64,000 nucleotides of DNA from Bradymonadia bacterium (GCA_046290225.1 JBKAGE010000077.1:32001-96000); one strand, 5' to 3'. Counted from the stretch's first letter, positions 1 through 10,195 are shown. Notes: a model not told the origin generated them from the sequence alone. Made by a program: numbers and translations.

Positions 1-484
1 CCCCCTCGGCGAGGATGCCGTCGCCGGCGGCGTTCTGCACCTGGAGCAGCTCCACGGTGACCCCGTCACCGGTGATGGCCACGCCGTTGGCGCCGAGGGT
101 CTGGTCATCGAAGTTGAGGATAGTCTCCTCAGCCCCCTCACCCTTGAGGGTGACGTTGTCCACGGCGAGGGAGATCTCGGCATCGAAGCGGAAGGTCCCT
201 GCAGCCATGCAGATGGTGTCGCCGTCATGAGCCTCGATGAAGGTGGTCTGCACCACCTCGGTGTCGAAGTCGCCGCTGGGCGTGAGCAGGTGATCACACC
301 CGTCGGGCAACATCACCTCACCACCAGCGCCGCCGGTCATGCCCCCAGCACCTCCGGCCATACCGGCAGTCCCGCCAGCACCTGCAGTGCCTCCGCTGTC
401 TCCGTCGTCGTCACACCCTGTGAGGGCCAGAGCGGCAATGCATGTGCTCAGGAAGATGCGGCTGGATGTGCTACGGCGGGCCAT
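1..484 (-). CDS. Lipoprotein with right-handed parallel beta-helix repeats (5' part only; runs off the left edge)
   Basis: Not in the ORF track. Manual translation from ATG 484: MARRSTSSRIFLSTCIAALALTGC (lipobox), Gly/Met tether, then EAHDGDTICMAAGTFRFDAEISLAVDNVTLKGEGAEETILNF..., a typical beta-helix N-terminus. Confidence 0.8.
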   Translation of the reverse strand, partial: MARRSTSSRIFLSTCIAALALTGCDDDGDSGGTAGAGGTAGMAGGAGGMTGGAGGEVMLPDGCDHLLTPSGDFDTEVVQTTFIEAHDGDTICMAAGTFRFDAEISLAVDNVTLKGEGAEETILNFDDQTLGANGVAITGDGVTVELLQVQNAAGDGILAEG

Positions 485-617
485 CGGTACACCTCTGTCA
501 ATCGTGAAAATGTGAAGGTGTGGGGAGTATGCCGTATGTCTGTACTGGAAGTCATGTGTCTGAGCGGACGGCCGTGCTTGCGCACCGCCTGTAGCGGACG
601 GCCGTGACCGTCCGCCC

Positions 618-1382
618 TCAAGGCTTCGAGCCCACCACGATGTACTGATGGGGCAGCTGGGCATCTTTCATCACGTGAGCTTTCAGTCCGCCGGCTTCGA
701 GCTCTTTCACGATGACCTCTGGGGCCAGACGGTGGTGCTTCGGCGGGCCGAACGGGCTGTCCATCGTGAAGTCCACCACGAAGATCTGACCGCCGGCCTT
801 GAGCCCTGAGGCCAGCTTCGCGCTGTACGCCCCTCGATCGCTGATGTGATGCCACACATCGAGGATCACCACTCGATCGACGGCGCCAGCGGGGAGCATC
901 GGATCATCAGGCGCCACCTTGCTGACCTCCACCATGGCCATCTCGGCGCCGGCTTTCTTCGCGCGAGCTTGCATGTGGGTCACGAGTGTATCTTCGATGT
1001 CGAGGGCGAGCACTCGACCCTTGGGGCCCACCGCCCGAGCCATATAAGGCAAGAGGTAGCCCGTGCCTGCGCCCACGTCGGCCACGGTCATGCCTGCCGA
1101 AATCTGCATGCGTGAGGTGATCTCCGCAGGCTTCTGCCACGCGTCTCGCTTGGGATCATCAAAGACTTTGGCCCACTTCTCGGCGTCATCGAAACGATGA
1201 TTCATTCCGTGGCCCGCGTGGCCGCCGTGATTGTGACCGGCGTGTTTCCCATGACCATGAGGCTGACTGTGCGGCTGACTGTGGGACGGTTGACTGTGGG
1301 GCTGTGACGCAGGGGGCTCGGCCATCACCGCCCCCGCCCACATCATGTTCGAGGCGAGCAGGCCATAGAACGAAACTCTCAT
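618..1382 (-). CDS. Class I SAM-dependent methyltransferase with signal-like N-terminus and His-rich linker
   Basis: VADVGAGTG motif I, VLALDIE, and RDAWQKP typical of this subfamily; start placed at ATG 1382 (MRVSF). Confidence 0.85.
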   Translation of the reverse strand: MRVSFYGLLASNMMWAGAVMAEPPASQPHSQPSHSQPHSQPHGHGKHAGHNHGGHAGHGMNHRFDDAEKWAKVFDDPKRDAWQKPAEITSRMQISAGMTVADVGAGTGYLLPYMARAVGPKGRVLALDIEDTLVTHMQARAKKAGAEMAMVEVSKVAPDDPMLPAGAVDRVVILDVWHHISDRGAYSAKLASGLKAGGQIFVVDFTMDSPFGPPKHHRLAPEVIVKELEAGGLKAHVMKDAQLPHQYIVVGSKP

Positions 1383-1420
1383 CGTGGCGTCTCCTGTACC
1401 AGTGCGATACTCAAGAGCGA

Positions 1421-1440
1421 TGTTGCTCGAATGGGCAACA
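1421..1440. promoter_or_regulatory. Palindromic LysR-type operator between divergent genes
   Basis: TGTTGC-N8-GCAACA dyad in the short intergenic region upstream of the LysR gene. Confidence 0.6.
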
Positions 1441-1474
1441 TTCAAACACATTTACAACCATGATGAGGTTTTTC

Positions 1475-2395
1475 ATGAGCCAGGTGGACGCCGCAGAGCT
1501 GCTCTCGGGCATGGTGATCTATGCAGCGGTCGTCGACAGCGGCAGCTTCACGGGTGCGGCAGAGCGGCTGGGCATGAGCAAGTCCACGGTGAGCAAGGCC
1601 ATCGCTCGACTCGAAGATCGGTTGGGTGTGTTGTTGCTCAATCGCACCACCCGCAAGCTGGCCCTCACCGAGGCCGGGCAAGGATTCTACCAACGGTGCA
1701 CTCGCGTCATTCAAGACGCCGAGGAAGCCGAGTTGTCGGTGAGCAGCCATCAAGTCGATCCCAAGGGCACACTGCGCATCACCGCCCCGCTCAGCTTCGG
1801 GTTGCTGCACCTGAGCCCGGCACTGCCGGAATTCATGAGTCGATACCCCGAGATTCAGGTGGAGATGTCGCTCAATGATCGGTTCATCGACCTCATCGAC
1901 GAGGGCTTCGATGTAGCGGTTCGTATCGGTGAGCTCGCCGACTCTTCCCTCATCGCTCGACGCATCGCCCCGTCTCGCGTCACCATCGTCGCCTCACCGG
2001 GTTATCTCGCTGAGCGCGGGCATCCCAACGATCCCAGAGCGCTGGTCGATCACGATTGCCTCATCTACACCTACACACGGCAGCCGAAGATCTGGTCATT
2101 CGCCAGCCCGGAAGGGCCGATACAAGTACACGTCGATGGTCCGCTCGCCGCGAACAACGGCGACATGTTGTATGCAGCAGCCCTCGCTGGCCGTGGGATC
2201 GCCCGTTTGCCCACCTTCATCAGCTGGCGGGCACTCTCAGAAGGGACTCTGGTTGAACTTTTTCCAGATTTTCGATTTACCGGTTCTGCCTATGCAGTGT
2301 ACCCGCACAACCGTCATGTTTCCGCGAAAGTGCGTGTATTTGTTGACTTCCTCGTGGAGAGGTTCGGCCCCGAGCCCTACTGGGATGCCCTCTGA
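1475..2395 (+). CDS. LysR-family transcriptional regulator (CrgA-like)
   Basis: GSFTGAAERLGMSKSTVSKAIARLEDRLGVLLLNRTTR HTH; DLIDEGFDVAVRIG; SAKVRVFVDFL. Confidence 0.95.
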   Translation: MSQVDAAELLSGMVIYAAVVDSGSFTGAAERLGMSKSTVSKAIARLEDRLGVLLLNRTTRKLALTEAGQGFYQRCTRVIQDAEEAELSVSSHQVDPKGTLRITAPLSFGLLHLSPALPEFMSRYPEIQVEMSLNDRFIDLIDEGFDVAVRIGELADSSLIARRIAPSRVTIVASPGYLAERGHPNDPRALVDHDCLIYTYTRQPKIWSFASPEGPIQVHVDGPLAANNGDMLYAAALAGRGIARLPTFISWRALSEGTLVELFPDFRFTGSAYAVYPHNRHVSAKVRVFVDFLVERFGPEPYWDAL

Positions 2396-2482
2396 GACAG
2401 CTTGAGACCCAAAAACCACTCTGGCCTACATGTAGGCACAAGTGGCATAATCCGTTTTGAGCTGTTGACCAGAGAGAGGGAC

Positions 2483-4609
2483 ATGGCCAATCACATCAAA
2501 GCGATCACCACGGATGTTCACGTGGTGATCGAAGCCAGCGCGCTGGGCCGCTCTGTCAAAGAGGCCCTGGACGCCAACGTCGAGCACCTGCCCCGATGGC
2601 AACACGCCGCGGCGTCAGGTGATCCTGCGGGCCACTTCCTCATGGGCCGATGCTTTGAAGAGGGTGTGGGCGTAGAATCGGACTGGATCACCGCCATGGC
2701 CCACTACCGCGCCGCATCAGAGCAAGGTGATCCGTTGGGGCACTTTGCGCTGGCCCGCATGCTGGAGCAGGGTCGCGGCGTCGATCCGGACGAGGCGCGG
2801 GCCCGCGTGCTCTATGATCGCGCAGCGCAAGCAGGCCTGTCCCTGGCCCAGGTGAACCTCTCGCTGATGCTGCAACAAGGCCGAGGTGGTGACCGTCAAT
2901 CCACGACGGCCCTGTCCTGGATGCAAAAGGCGGCTCAGGACGGCAACCGGGTGGCGCAATGCAACCTCGGGGTGATGCTCGAAGCCGGCGAAGGGATCAC
3001 GCGCGATCTTCATCAAGCTCATCACTGGTACAGCCTGGCAGCGGAAGCAGGGTACGGACCCGCATGCTTCTGCCTGGGGCTCCTATATCAAGAGGGCCAT
3101 GGGGTGACCGCGGACATGGACGCCGCCCGCACGTGGTTCGAGCGCGGCGCGCAGCTCGGAGACACCGGTGCCCAGTTCATGCTCGGGGTGTCACTGCTCG
3201 AGAGCGAAGGTGAAGACGGAGACGCCGCCGCTGGCGCTCAATGGATCCGCACGGCGGCGATTCAGGGTGATGCCGATGCCGCCTGGCGCTACGGCCTGTG
3301 CTTGATGACTGGTCAGGGCATCGACGCCCACCCTGAAGAGGGCCTCAGATGGCTGCGGCGAGCAGCCAATCACGGTCAGGTGGACGCCCTCTACGCCCTC
3401 GGCGTCGCCTACGCCCGTGGAGACGGCGCCCCCAAGGACATGCATGCTTCTCTGGAGTGGTTCACCAAGGCCCGCAAGGCTGGCCATCCTCAGGCCGCTG
3501 ACGCGGAGCAGGCGGCGAAGGCGGCCATCAAAGCCCACCGCCCGGTGGAGCGGGCCCAGGGATTGACGACCCTGCTCGCCGACGAATCGGTGCCACCGAG
3601 CCGCTGGCAGATCGAAGCAGCGCACGTCATGGACATGGCCTCGAAGTCCACCACGGAGATCGTCTCGGCCATGATGGTGCACCTGCTCCCAGCACTGTCG
3701 CTGGAAGATCCTGCCCGGGCCCACTTCGCGGCGCTGCTCTGTGGCGCTCTGGTGGAGCAAGGGGCTGATCCGGAGCCCGCAGCACACCTGCTCGCCGAGC
3801 GCCTCACCCTCTCGGTGGAGGCCATCGACTCCGCGGTGAAGCTGATGGAGGCCCTCGATCCCATCGACGACGCTGAGCTGCACGCAGCTCAGGTGGAGCG
3901 CCGTCTCGAAGCGCTCAGAGAGGCCCGCCCCGATGTGATCCACACCTGGGATCACCTCGACGCCCTCTGCCGGGCTGTGGTGACGGTCTGCTCAGCCTTC
4001 GAGCCCCTCAGGGACGATCTCCTCGGCCGAGACTCACTGTGCGCGCGTATGGACGCCGCCCGAAGCTTCCACAAGGGCCTTCGAGACATCATGCGCCTGC
4101 TCGAAGCGCCGAGACGACGTCCCATACGGGTGGTGTGGGAGCGCTCGGTCTTCGAACTCGAGATCACCGGTGTGGTGGACCTCTTCCAGCTGCACGTGCT
4201 CCTCGCCGATGCCCTCGGCGGTGGTGACGACGAAGAAGACGAGGACGAGCCCCCTCTGATGCCCGCTTCGGTGGTGGCCACCGCTCAGGGTAATGGCCCG
4301 CAGCACACCGACGAGACGGTGGACGGGGTCTTTGATCTCTACGGCTGGCGCGCACTGCCCGAGGTGCTTCACGGGCATCAAGTCAGTCACCGCTTCTGGC
4401 TGATGCACGAGAGCGCCCTCGACGCGGTGCCGGCTTTCGAAGGGGTGCCCACGTTGATCCTGGCACCGGCGAGCATCGTGCGAGCCTGGAAGAACGTGCG
4501 CTACTTCGAGCGCCTGGCAGCAGGCATCGACACCCTCAAGCCCCTGCCCCCTGCAGAAGCAGAAGCCCTCATCGATCGCATTGTTCAGGCCTCTTCGATC
4601 AAACACTGA
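2483..4609 (+). CDS. SEL1-like repeat protein with unrecognised C-terminal domain
   Basis: Repeated AQCNLGVMLEAGEG / AAEAG / GDADA-type SEL1 units in the N-terminal half; ATG 2483 after GAGGG. Confidence 0.85.
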   Translation: MANHIKAITTDVHVVIEASALGRSVKEALDANVEHLPRWQHAAASGDPAGHFLMGRCFEEGVGVESDWITAMAHYRAASEQGDPLGHFALARMLEQGRGVDPDEARARVLYDRAAQAGLSLAQVNLSLMLQQGRGGDRQSTTALSWMQKAAQDGNRVAQCNLGVMLEAGEGITRDLHQAHHWYSLAAEAGYGPACFCLGLLYQEGHGVTADMDAARTWFERGAQLGDTGAQFMLGVSLLESEGEDGDAAAGAQWIRTAAIQGDADAAWRYGLCLMTGQGIDAHPEEGLRWLRRAANHGQVDALYALGVAYARGDGAPKDMHASLEWFTKARKAGHPQAADAEQAAKAAIKAHRPVERAQGLTTLLADESVPPSRWQIEAAHVMDMASKSTTEIVSAMMVHLLPALSLEDPARAHFAALLCGALVEQGADPEPAAHLLAERLTLSVEAIDSAVKLMEALDPIDDAELHAAQVERRLEALREARPDVIHTWDHLDALCRAVVTVCSAFEPLRDDLLGRDSLCARMDAARSFHKGLRDIMRLLEAPRRRPIRVVWERSVFELEITGVVDLFQLHVLLADALGGGDDEEDEDEPPLMPASVVATAQGNGPQHTDETVDGVFDLYGWRALPEVLHGHQVSHRFWLMHESALDAVPAFEGVPTLILAPASIVRAWKNVRYFERLAAGIDTLKPLPPAEAEALIDRIVQASSIKH

Positions 4610-4677
4610 TCTGACGAAGACCCCCGGACCTCTGAGACCGCGACTCAAATGTGATAGTTTGTTAGACCGTTGGCCTG

Positions 4678-7626
4678 GTGCGCACACCGCGCATCCGGGC
4701 ACTGAGCGGAGAGGTCGCCGCGGTGAGCGCGTCACATGAAGGGCCGGACCACACCGGCGAGCTCGAGCTGGAGCTCGAGGTCGTCGAGCGCACCGGCCCC
4801 AATGGCCCCCTGGGAGAGCGCCGCGGTGGTGTGTTGGAGCAGTCTGGCTCGGTGATCCTCGACGGCCTCGACGACGAGGAAGAAGACGAAGACGACTCGG
4901 TCACCGCAGCCATCGACCCCCTCGAACTGCCCGACGATCTCGACGGGCCGCCACTGCCTGGCCCCTTCGGTGAAGCCGCCTTTGCCGACAGCGCTTTTGA
5001 AGAGGACGAGCCCACAGCCCTCGCCGACCCCCTGCCCACGCCAAAGCCACGTGTAGACGCGCTCCTCGAGCCGCGCCCCACACCTCCGGCCAGCCGTGGC
5101 CTGCTGCTGCCCACCCCTGCACCTGGCCTGCAGAGCCCACCAGAGGAAGAGGCGGAGAAGACTCGAGACTCCACAGCCCGGGCAGCGAGCAAGCTCACGG
5201 GGAGTACCGGCATCGAGCAGCCCTCAAGTGGCTCTGCCCCAACCTCTAAGCCCGAGCCCTCCATCGAGGCGGACTCTCTGGTGCCCAACGCCCCGGCGGT
5301 GAGCGCACCGGTGATTCGCACCGGTGACCTGAACTCGCAGACGGCGGCCCTTGATCCCCTCGATCTGCCCGAGCCAGAGCCGGACCCCTCTGAAGATGTG
5401 TCCCAGCCTGTGCCCCTCGACGCGCTCACCGGCGAGTCCACAGAGGTGCCGCGCAAGTCTCCCTTGTCCTCTCTGCTCAGCGATGAAGACGACGAGGAAG
5501 AAGAGCCTACGATGGCGCAGCTCCGGGAGCCGGCGCCGGCGCCAGTGCTGCCCCCAGCCGACGACTTCGTGCCCAAGCTTCCCGCCGCCTTTGCACAGGA
5601 TCCGTCTCTCTTCGGCGACTCGATGCCCCCGGACGCCGGTGAGCTGCCCACGCCAGCACTCCCCTTGAAGTCGGCCTCTGCTCCAGTGGCGGGGCCTGCG
5701 GCGCTCTCTTCCACGACCCCAGCGCCCTCATCGGCCCTCGTCTCTCCCGCCCCGAAGTCGGCCCAGGTGCTCGCTCCACCGCCTCTCCCCGACGATCCCA
5801 AACCCCGGGTCTCTCGGGTCGCGCCGACTCAACCGCCGATGCCGGCCCTCAAGGCGCCTCAGAGCGCCCCTGCCGCGCTGAAAGCGCCGGCGACGGCAGA
5901 TGAGATGGGTCCTCGGGTGGTCTACGCCGACGGTGAAGATCACAGCGACAGCATGGACGGCGAGGTCACCTCGATCTACGAGACGCAGCCGCCCCCGAGC
6001 CTGCCTCGAGGGCGGCTGACCCTCATCGGTGGTGAAGAGAGCGGGAAGGTCTACTACCTCAATCGCCCGCAAATCCGCATGGGCCGAGGCAACGAGAACG
6101 ACGTCGTGCTCCTCGACATCGCCGTCAGCCGACACCACGCCCGCATCGAACGCCACGACGCCGGGTTCCGGTTGAGCGATCTCGACAGCGGCAACGGCAC
6201 GATGGTCAACGGCGCCCGCATCCAACGAGCAGAGCTCTACGACGGTGATCGCATCGAGGTGGGCAACATCTTGATGGAGTTCGCCACCCAGGGCGAGGCG
6301 CGCCGACGCCCTACGGCAGAAAAGCACCCGCCTGCCCCAACGACACCGCACGAGCAGACAGATCCGGGCCGGCAAATCGTCGGCCTGGCCAAGGGCAAAC
6401 GCCGCCCACCGCCCCCCGTCTGGCTGGTGTTCCTCGGTACCTTCGTGGTGATCACGGCGCTGACTCTTCTGGTTCAACGATCATTGATGAGCGATCGCGA
6501 GGCTCCAGAAGATCCGGCCCGCATCAAAGCACGCAGCTACTACGATCGCGCCGAGGCGGCGATGAGATCACGCCAATGGACCGAGGCGTTGAACAACCTG
6601 GCCACGGCGGCAGAGCTCGCACCGGAGATTTATCGCGAAGGTGAGCAGAAGAAAGCCCACACCACGCTCATCGCCGAGATCGAAAAGGAGCAGGGGCACA
6701 AGACGGTGCTCGAAGAAGCGACGGCGCTGGTAGAACGCGCCACACCGGAGGCGCTCAAGAGCCTGCTGGGCGGGATCCCACAAGACAGCGTGTACTACCC
6801 CGATGCCATGCGCCTCGTCGATCGCGCGCAGCGACTCACCCTCGACGCCCGCACCAAAGAGGCAGAGCGCCTGGCCCACGCAGGTCTCGTAGCGCAGGCT
6901 CTGGTGATCACCGAAGAGGTGCTCACTCGGGCACCCACCCACGAGGGGGCCCGAGCCCTGGGCGACATGCTCAAGGCGGCGGTCCGTGAGGGTGCTCCCC
7001 CTGCAGAGCTCGCCAAGAGCATGGGCCGGGCAACGCCGGCTGATCAACGGGCGCGCCGGGATCTCGCCGATGCCCTTCGGCTCTATCGCGACATGCGCTT
7101 TGCCGGGGCCCTCGCCGCCCTGGAGCGTGGGGTGGCCCGCAAGCCGTCACGGGCCCTCAAGGCCCGACTGCTCAAGCGCGTAGACAAGCTGAAGGCTTTC
7201 ACCATGGCCTGGGAGGCTGCCGAGCGCGCCATGAAAGGTCGCCGCGCCGAAGAGGCCATCACCCACCTGAGTCAGGGATCAGCCATCGATCAGGAGCTCG
7301 GGGGCTTCTTTGCCCAACGCATTCACGAGAAGCTCGCCCTGCTGCACTACATCCGAGCCAAAGAGGCCTATGATCGAGGGCAGTGGCAGGTCGCCCGGCG
7401 ACACAATGATCGCGTGCTCACCTTCTCGGCGGCCGATGACAACGGGCGCAAGCTCAGGGCCCTGCTGGTGAAGAAAGCCCAGGACCTGCTCTACCGGGCA
7501 CAGAACATCTCGCTCAAGAGCCCGAGAGAGGCCCACACCCTCGTGCGGCAGGTGCTCAACATTGCCCCCCAGAGCAGCGACACCTACCAGAAGGCCTACC
7601 GCCTGCTGCAGCAAGTGAAGCCCTGA
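4678..7626 (+). CDS. FHA-domain membrane protein with Pro/acidic disordered N-terminus and TPR-like C-terminus
   Basis: MGRGNENDVVLLDIAVSRHHARI...DLDSGNGTMVNG FHA motif; TM segment VWLVFLGTFVVITALTLLV; start uncertain. Confidence 0.85.
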   Translation: MRTPRIRALSGEVAAVSASHEGPDHTGELELELEVVERTGPNGPLGERRGGVLEQSGSVILDGLDDEEEDEDDSVTAAIDPLELPDDLDGPPLPGPFGEAAFADSAFEEDEPTALADPLPTPKPRVDALLEPRPTPPASRGLLLPTPAPGLQSPPEEEAEKTRDSTARAASKLTGSTGIEQPSSGSAPTSKPEPSIEADSLVPNAPAVSAPVIRTGDLNSQTAALDPLDLPEPEPDPSEDVSQPVPLDALTGESTEVPRKSPLSSLLSDEDDEEEEPTMAQLREPAPAPVLPPADDFVPKLPAAFAQDPSLFGDSMPPDAGELPTPALPLKSASAPVAGPAALSSTTPAPSSALVSPAPKSAQVLAPPPLPDDPKPRVSRVAPTQPPMPALKAPQSAPAALKAPATADEMGPRVVYADGEDHSDSMDGEVTSIYETQPPPSLPRGRLTLIGGEESGKVYYLNRPQIRMGRGNENDVVLLDIAVSRHHARIERHDAGFRLSDLDSGNGTMVNGARIQRAELYDGDRIEVGNILMEFATQGEARRRPTAEKHPPAPTTPHEQTDPGRQIVGLAKGKRRPPPPVWLVFLGTFVVITALTLLVQRSLMSDREAPEDPARIKARSYYDRAEAAMRSRQWTEALNNLATAAELAPEIYREGEQKKAHTTLIAEIEKEQGHKTVLEEATALVERATPEALKSLLGGIPQDSVYYPDAMRLVDRAQRLTLDARTKEAERLAHAGLVAQALVITEEVLTRAPTHEGARALGDMLKAAVREGAPPAELAKSMGRATPADQRARRDLADALRLYRDMRFAGALAALERGVARKPSRALKARLLKRVDKLKAFTMAWEAAERAMKGRRAEEAITHLSQGSAIDQELGGFFAQRIHEKLALLHYIRAKEAYDRGQWQVARRHNDRVLTFSAADDNGRKLRALLVKKAQDLLYRAQNISLKSPREAHTLVRQVLNIAPQSSDTYQKAYRLLQQVKP

Positions 7627-7678
7627 CCCCGGAATACTCGACTACAGCCCACTTGCATCTTATGAGCGCCGGCCAAGC

Positions 7679-8230
7679 GTTGTACTGGGCTGTGGCGGGC
7701 GTTGTGGCTGGGGCTTTGTAGGCAGTCATCGCTTCGCTCTGCCTGCGTAGGCGCCCGGCCTTCGGCAGTCCTACGGACCGCCTCGTCTGGCGCGTACACG
7801 TCGGCATACTCGCTGGCGCGAGCAGGCCTCCGGGTAGGCAGGGTCGCTCAATGCTGACGCATTGATTGCTCGCTCCCCTGCGTAAAGAGTTTCTTCTGTA
7901 TCTCGTTGCTGAACCCCGCCGGGATTCGACCTACCGCGAACCTGCAAGCTTCTGAACATCGAACGCTCGGCGAAAGCCCCAACAGCATTGGGAATGCCCT
8001 CAAAGCCACACCAGAACTGACTTTTTACGCAGGGGAGCGAGCGAGAAGGGCGAAGCCCTGAGCGACCCTGCCTACCCGGAGGCCTGCTCGCGCCAGCGAG
8101 TATGCCGACGTGTACGCGCCAGACGAGGCGGTCCGTAGGACTGCCGAAGGCCGGGCGCCTACGCAGGCAGAGCGAAGCGATGACTGCCTACAAAGCCCCA
8201 GCCACAACGCCCGCCACAGCCCAGTCCAAC
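7679..8230. repeat. Long intergenic inverted repeat (two ~207-bp arms, 137-bp spacer)
   Basis: 7684-7850 is the exact reverse complement of 8059-8225 (167 bp); 7868-7886 pairs with 8024-8042; lies between convergent genes. Confidence 0.95.
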
Positions 8231-8281
8231 ACATGGTCAGCGCCTTGAGGGAAACTTCATCTCAATGTGAGGGGAGTCAGG

Positions 8282-8665
8282 TCAGGCGATGAGGCCAGCG
8301 ACGATGTCTTTGAGCTCGTTGACGTCGAAGGGCTTGTCGAGGTGAGCGTCGGCGCCATAGAGGGGAGCCGTCATCTCGTTCACCGTGGCGCCGATGGCTG
8401 TGAGCATCACCACCTTGGTCGAGGCGTACTCTTCCTTCTCGCGGACGTACTTCAAGATCTCCCAGCCGGTGAGCTCGGGCATCATCACGTCGAGCACCAC
8501 CAGGGCGGGCTTCTCCTGGATGATCAGGGTGAGGGCCTCTTCACCGTCCCGGGCCTCCATGAACTCGGCGTCCAGGGGGCTCAGGGACATCTTCACCAGA
8601 CGCCTCATCTCCAGGTTGTCATCGGCGATGAGGATGAGGGGCTTCTGGGCGGTATCTTCACTCAT
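8282..8665 (-). CDS. Single-domain response regulator receiver protein
   Basis: ILIADDN, LVVLDVMMP, VVMLTA, GADAHLDKPF. Confidence 0.95.
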   Translation of the reverse strand: MSEDTAQKPLILIADDNLEMRRLVKMSLSPLDAEFMEARDGEEALTLIIQEKPALVVLDVMMPELTGWEILKYVREKEEYASTKVVMLTAIGATVNEMTAPLYGADAHLDKPFDVNELKDIVAGLIA

Positions 8666-8722
8666 CGAGGGACCTCTTGAGAGCTGCCAAGGCCCCAGGC
8701 TTATGCTCTGGGGATGCCAGTG

Positions 8723-9343
8723 TCAAGAAGGCAATCGCCCCTGCGCACCGGGGTGACGCAGGAGTCGCCCTGCTGCGAGGGGGGTATTGACGTTGAGCAG
8801 GACCCCCGGGTCGGTGATCGGCAGCGTCACCGGGCCGAGGGGTCGGAGCACCTCGCGAAGCGGAGTGAGCCTGTGCACGGGCCCTTCCGAAGACCTCAGT
8901 TGATCGACGAGGGCTCCGGGCAGGTACACCGGGTGTCCGGAGCGACCCTGCCAGACAGGCAACACGGGCCTCTGGGCCTCGGCTCCCTTCTCGATGAGCG
9001 CAGCCACCGTGCTCGATCTCAGCGCAGGTCGATCCACATGGGTCAGGACCACCGATGCACCCACAGGCACCGCTCGGACCCCATGTTGGAGCGAGGCCCG
9101 CATGCCCATGGGCCAATCTCTGGCGCGCACCACATGGGCCGCCTCGGCGAGGTGGCGCCCATATGCCTCGGCGTACGCCCCAACCACCACCACCACGTCA
9201 GCACACCCGCCTGTCCGCAACATCTCGACGAGATGAGACGCAAAGGTGCCCTGACCATAGGGGATCAGCCCCTTGGCCCGGCCCATGCGACGAGAGGCGC
9301 CACCGGCGAGGAGCAGCCCCCAGACTTCACCGGACATCGACAC
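8723..9343 (-). CDS. MocA/MobA-like molybdopterin nucleotidyltransferase
   Basis: LLAGGASRRMGRAKGL, GMRASL, VDRP, GHPV, NVNTP; next to xdhC. Confidence 0.85.
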   Translation of the reverse strand: MSMSGEVWGLLLAGGASRRMGRAKGLIPYGQGTFASHLVEMLRTGGCADVVVVVGAYAEAYGRHLAEAAHVVRARDWPMGMRASLQHGVRAVPVGASVVLTHVDRPALRSSTVAALIEKGAEAQRPVLPVWQGRSGHPVYLPGALVDQLRSSEGPVHRLTPLREVLRPLGPVTLPITDPGVLLNVNTPLAAGRLLRHPGAQGRLPS

Positions 9344-10106
9344 CTCGGCGATGGGCCACCAGCTCCGCCAGGATGCTGATGGCGATCTCTTCAGGGGTCA
9401 GCGCGCCGATGTCGAGCCCCACCGGACATCGCACACGATCGAGCGCTTCTCTGGTGATCCCTCGGGCTTCGAGCCGGTTCCGGAACCGGGCCCACTTTCC
9501 GCGGCTGCCCACGAGGCCAACCCATGACGCAGCGCCGCCCACGAGATGCCGCACAGCATCTTCGTCGAGGGCGTGATCGTGGGTCACCACCAACACGCGC
9601 TCGTCAGCCTCTGGCGGTGAGGCCCTCAGGTGCTCCACAGGATCAGCATCGACGACGTGCACCTCAGCAGAAAAGCGCGCCTCTTGAGCCCATGCTTCGC
9701 GGCCGTCCACGATCATCACCTCGAAGCCTGCCTTTGCCGCCCCTTCGGCGAGCACGGTGCCCACGTGGCCGGCGCCGTAGATGCGCAGACGCGGCGCTGG
9801 CGTGTGCTTTTGCATGAAGACCTCCATTCGTCCGCCACAGCACATGCCCAGATCACGGACCAGGTGCACGTCGAGCCGCTCGACTCGACGGTTGTCGTCC
9901 TCAAGCAGGGCTCGAGAGAGACGCATCACCTCCCATTCGAACGCGCCACCCCCAATGGTGCCTTCGAAGTCGTCGGCGGTGATCACCATCTGAGCACCGG
10001 CGAGCCTGGGGGTGGAGCCGCCGGCGCCGATGACGGTGGCCACTACGAAGGATGCCCGCCCTTCGGCGAGGCGGGCCAATGTCGAAAAGATCCCTTGCGT
10101 CATCAA
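9327..10106 (-). CDS. xdhC: Xanthine dehydrogenase accessory protein XdhC
   Basis: GSTPRLAGAQM, GTIGGG, LGMCCGG, IYGAGHVG, THDHALD, GLVGSRGK, CPVGL, PEEIAISI. Confidence 0.92.
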   Translation of the reverse strand: MMTQGIFSTLARLAEGRASFVVATVIGAGGSTPRLAGAQMVITADDFEGTIGGGAFEWEVMRLSRALLEDDNRRVERLDVHLVRDLGMCCGGRMEVFMQKHTPAPRLRIYGAGHVGTVLAEGAAKAGFEVMIVDGREAWAQEARFSAEVHVVDADPVEHLRASPPEADERVLVVTHDHALDEDAVRHLVGGAASWVGLVGSRGKWARFRNRLEARGITREALDRVRCPVGLDIGALTPEEIAISILAELVAHRRGVDVR

Positions 10107-10195
10107 ATCATCCGCGCCTCAATGCGCGGCAGCCGAGGCTGCCTCGACGAGGTGTAGCCCCCGAGAGGGCCTCTGAGAGAGTGTGAGGAGATACG

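Noticed and set aside
7905..7960. tRNA T-arm-like GGTCGAATCCCGGCGGGG on the minus strand in the spacer
   Set aside because: Lacks canonical TTCGA and I could not build a cloverleaf; tRNAscan-SE would settle it
7596..8292. Short similar ORFs (MYAPDEAVRR...), also echoed at 38654-38992
   Set aside because: They are translations of the inverted-repeat element, not independently supported genes
8723..10106. xdhC and mocA-like genes without xdhAB
   Set aside because: Stand-alone maturation genes are common
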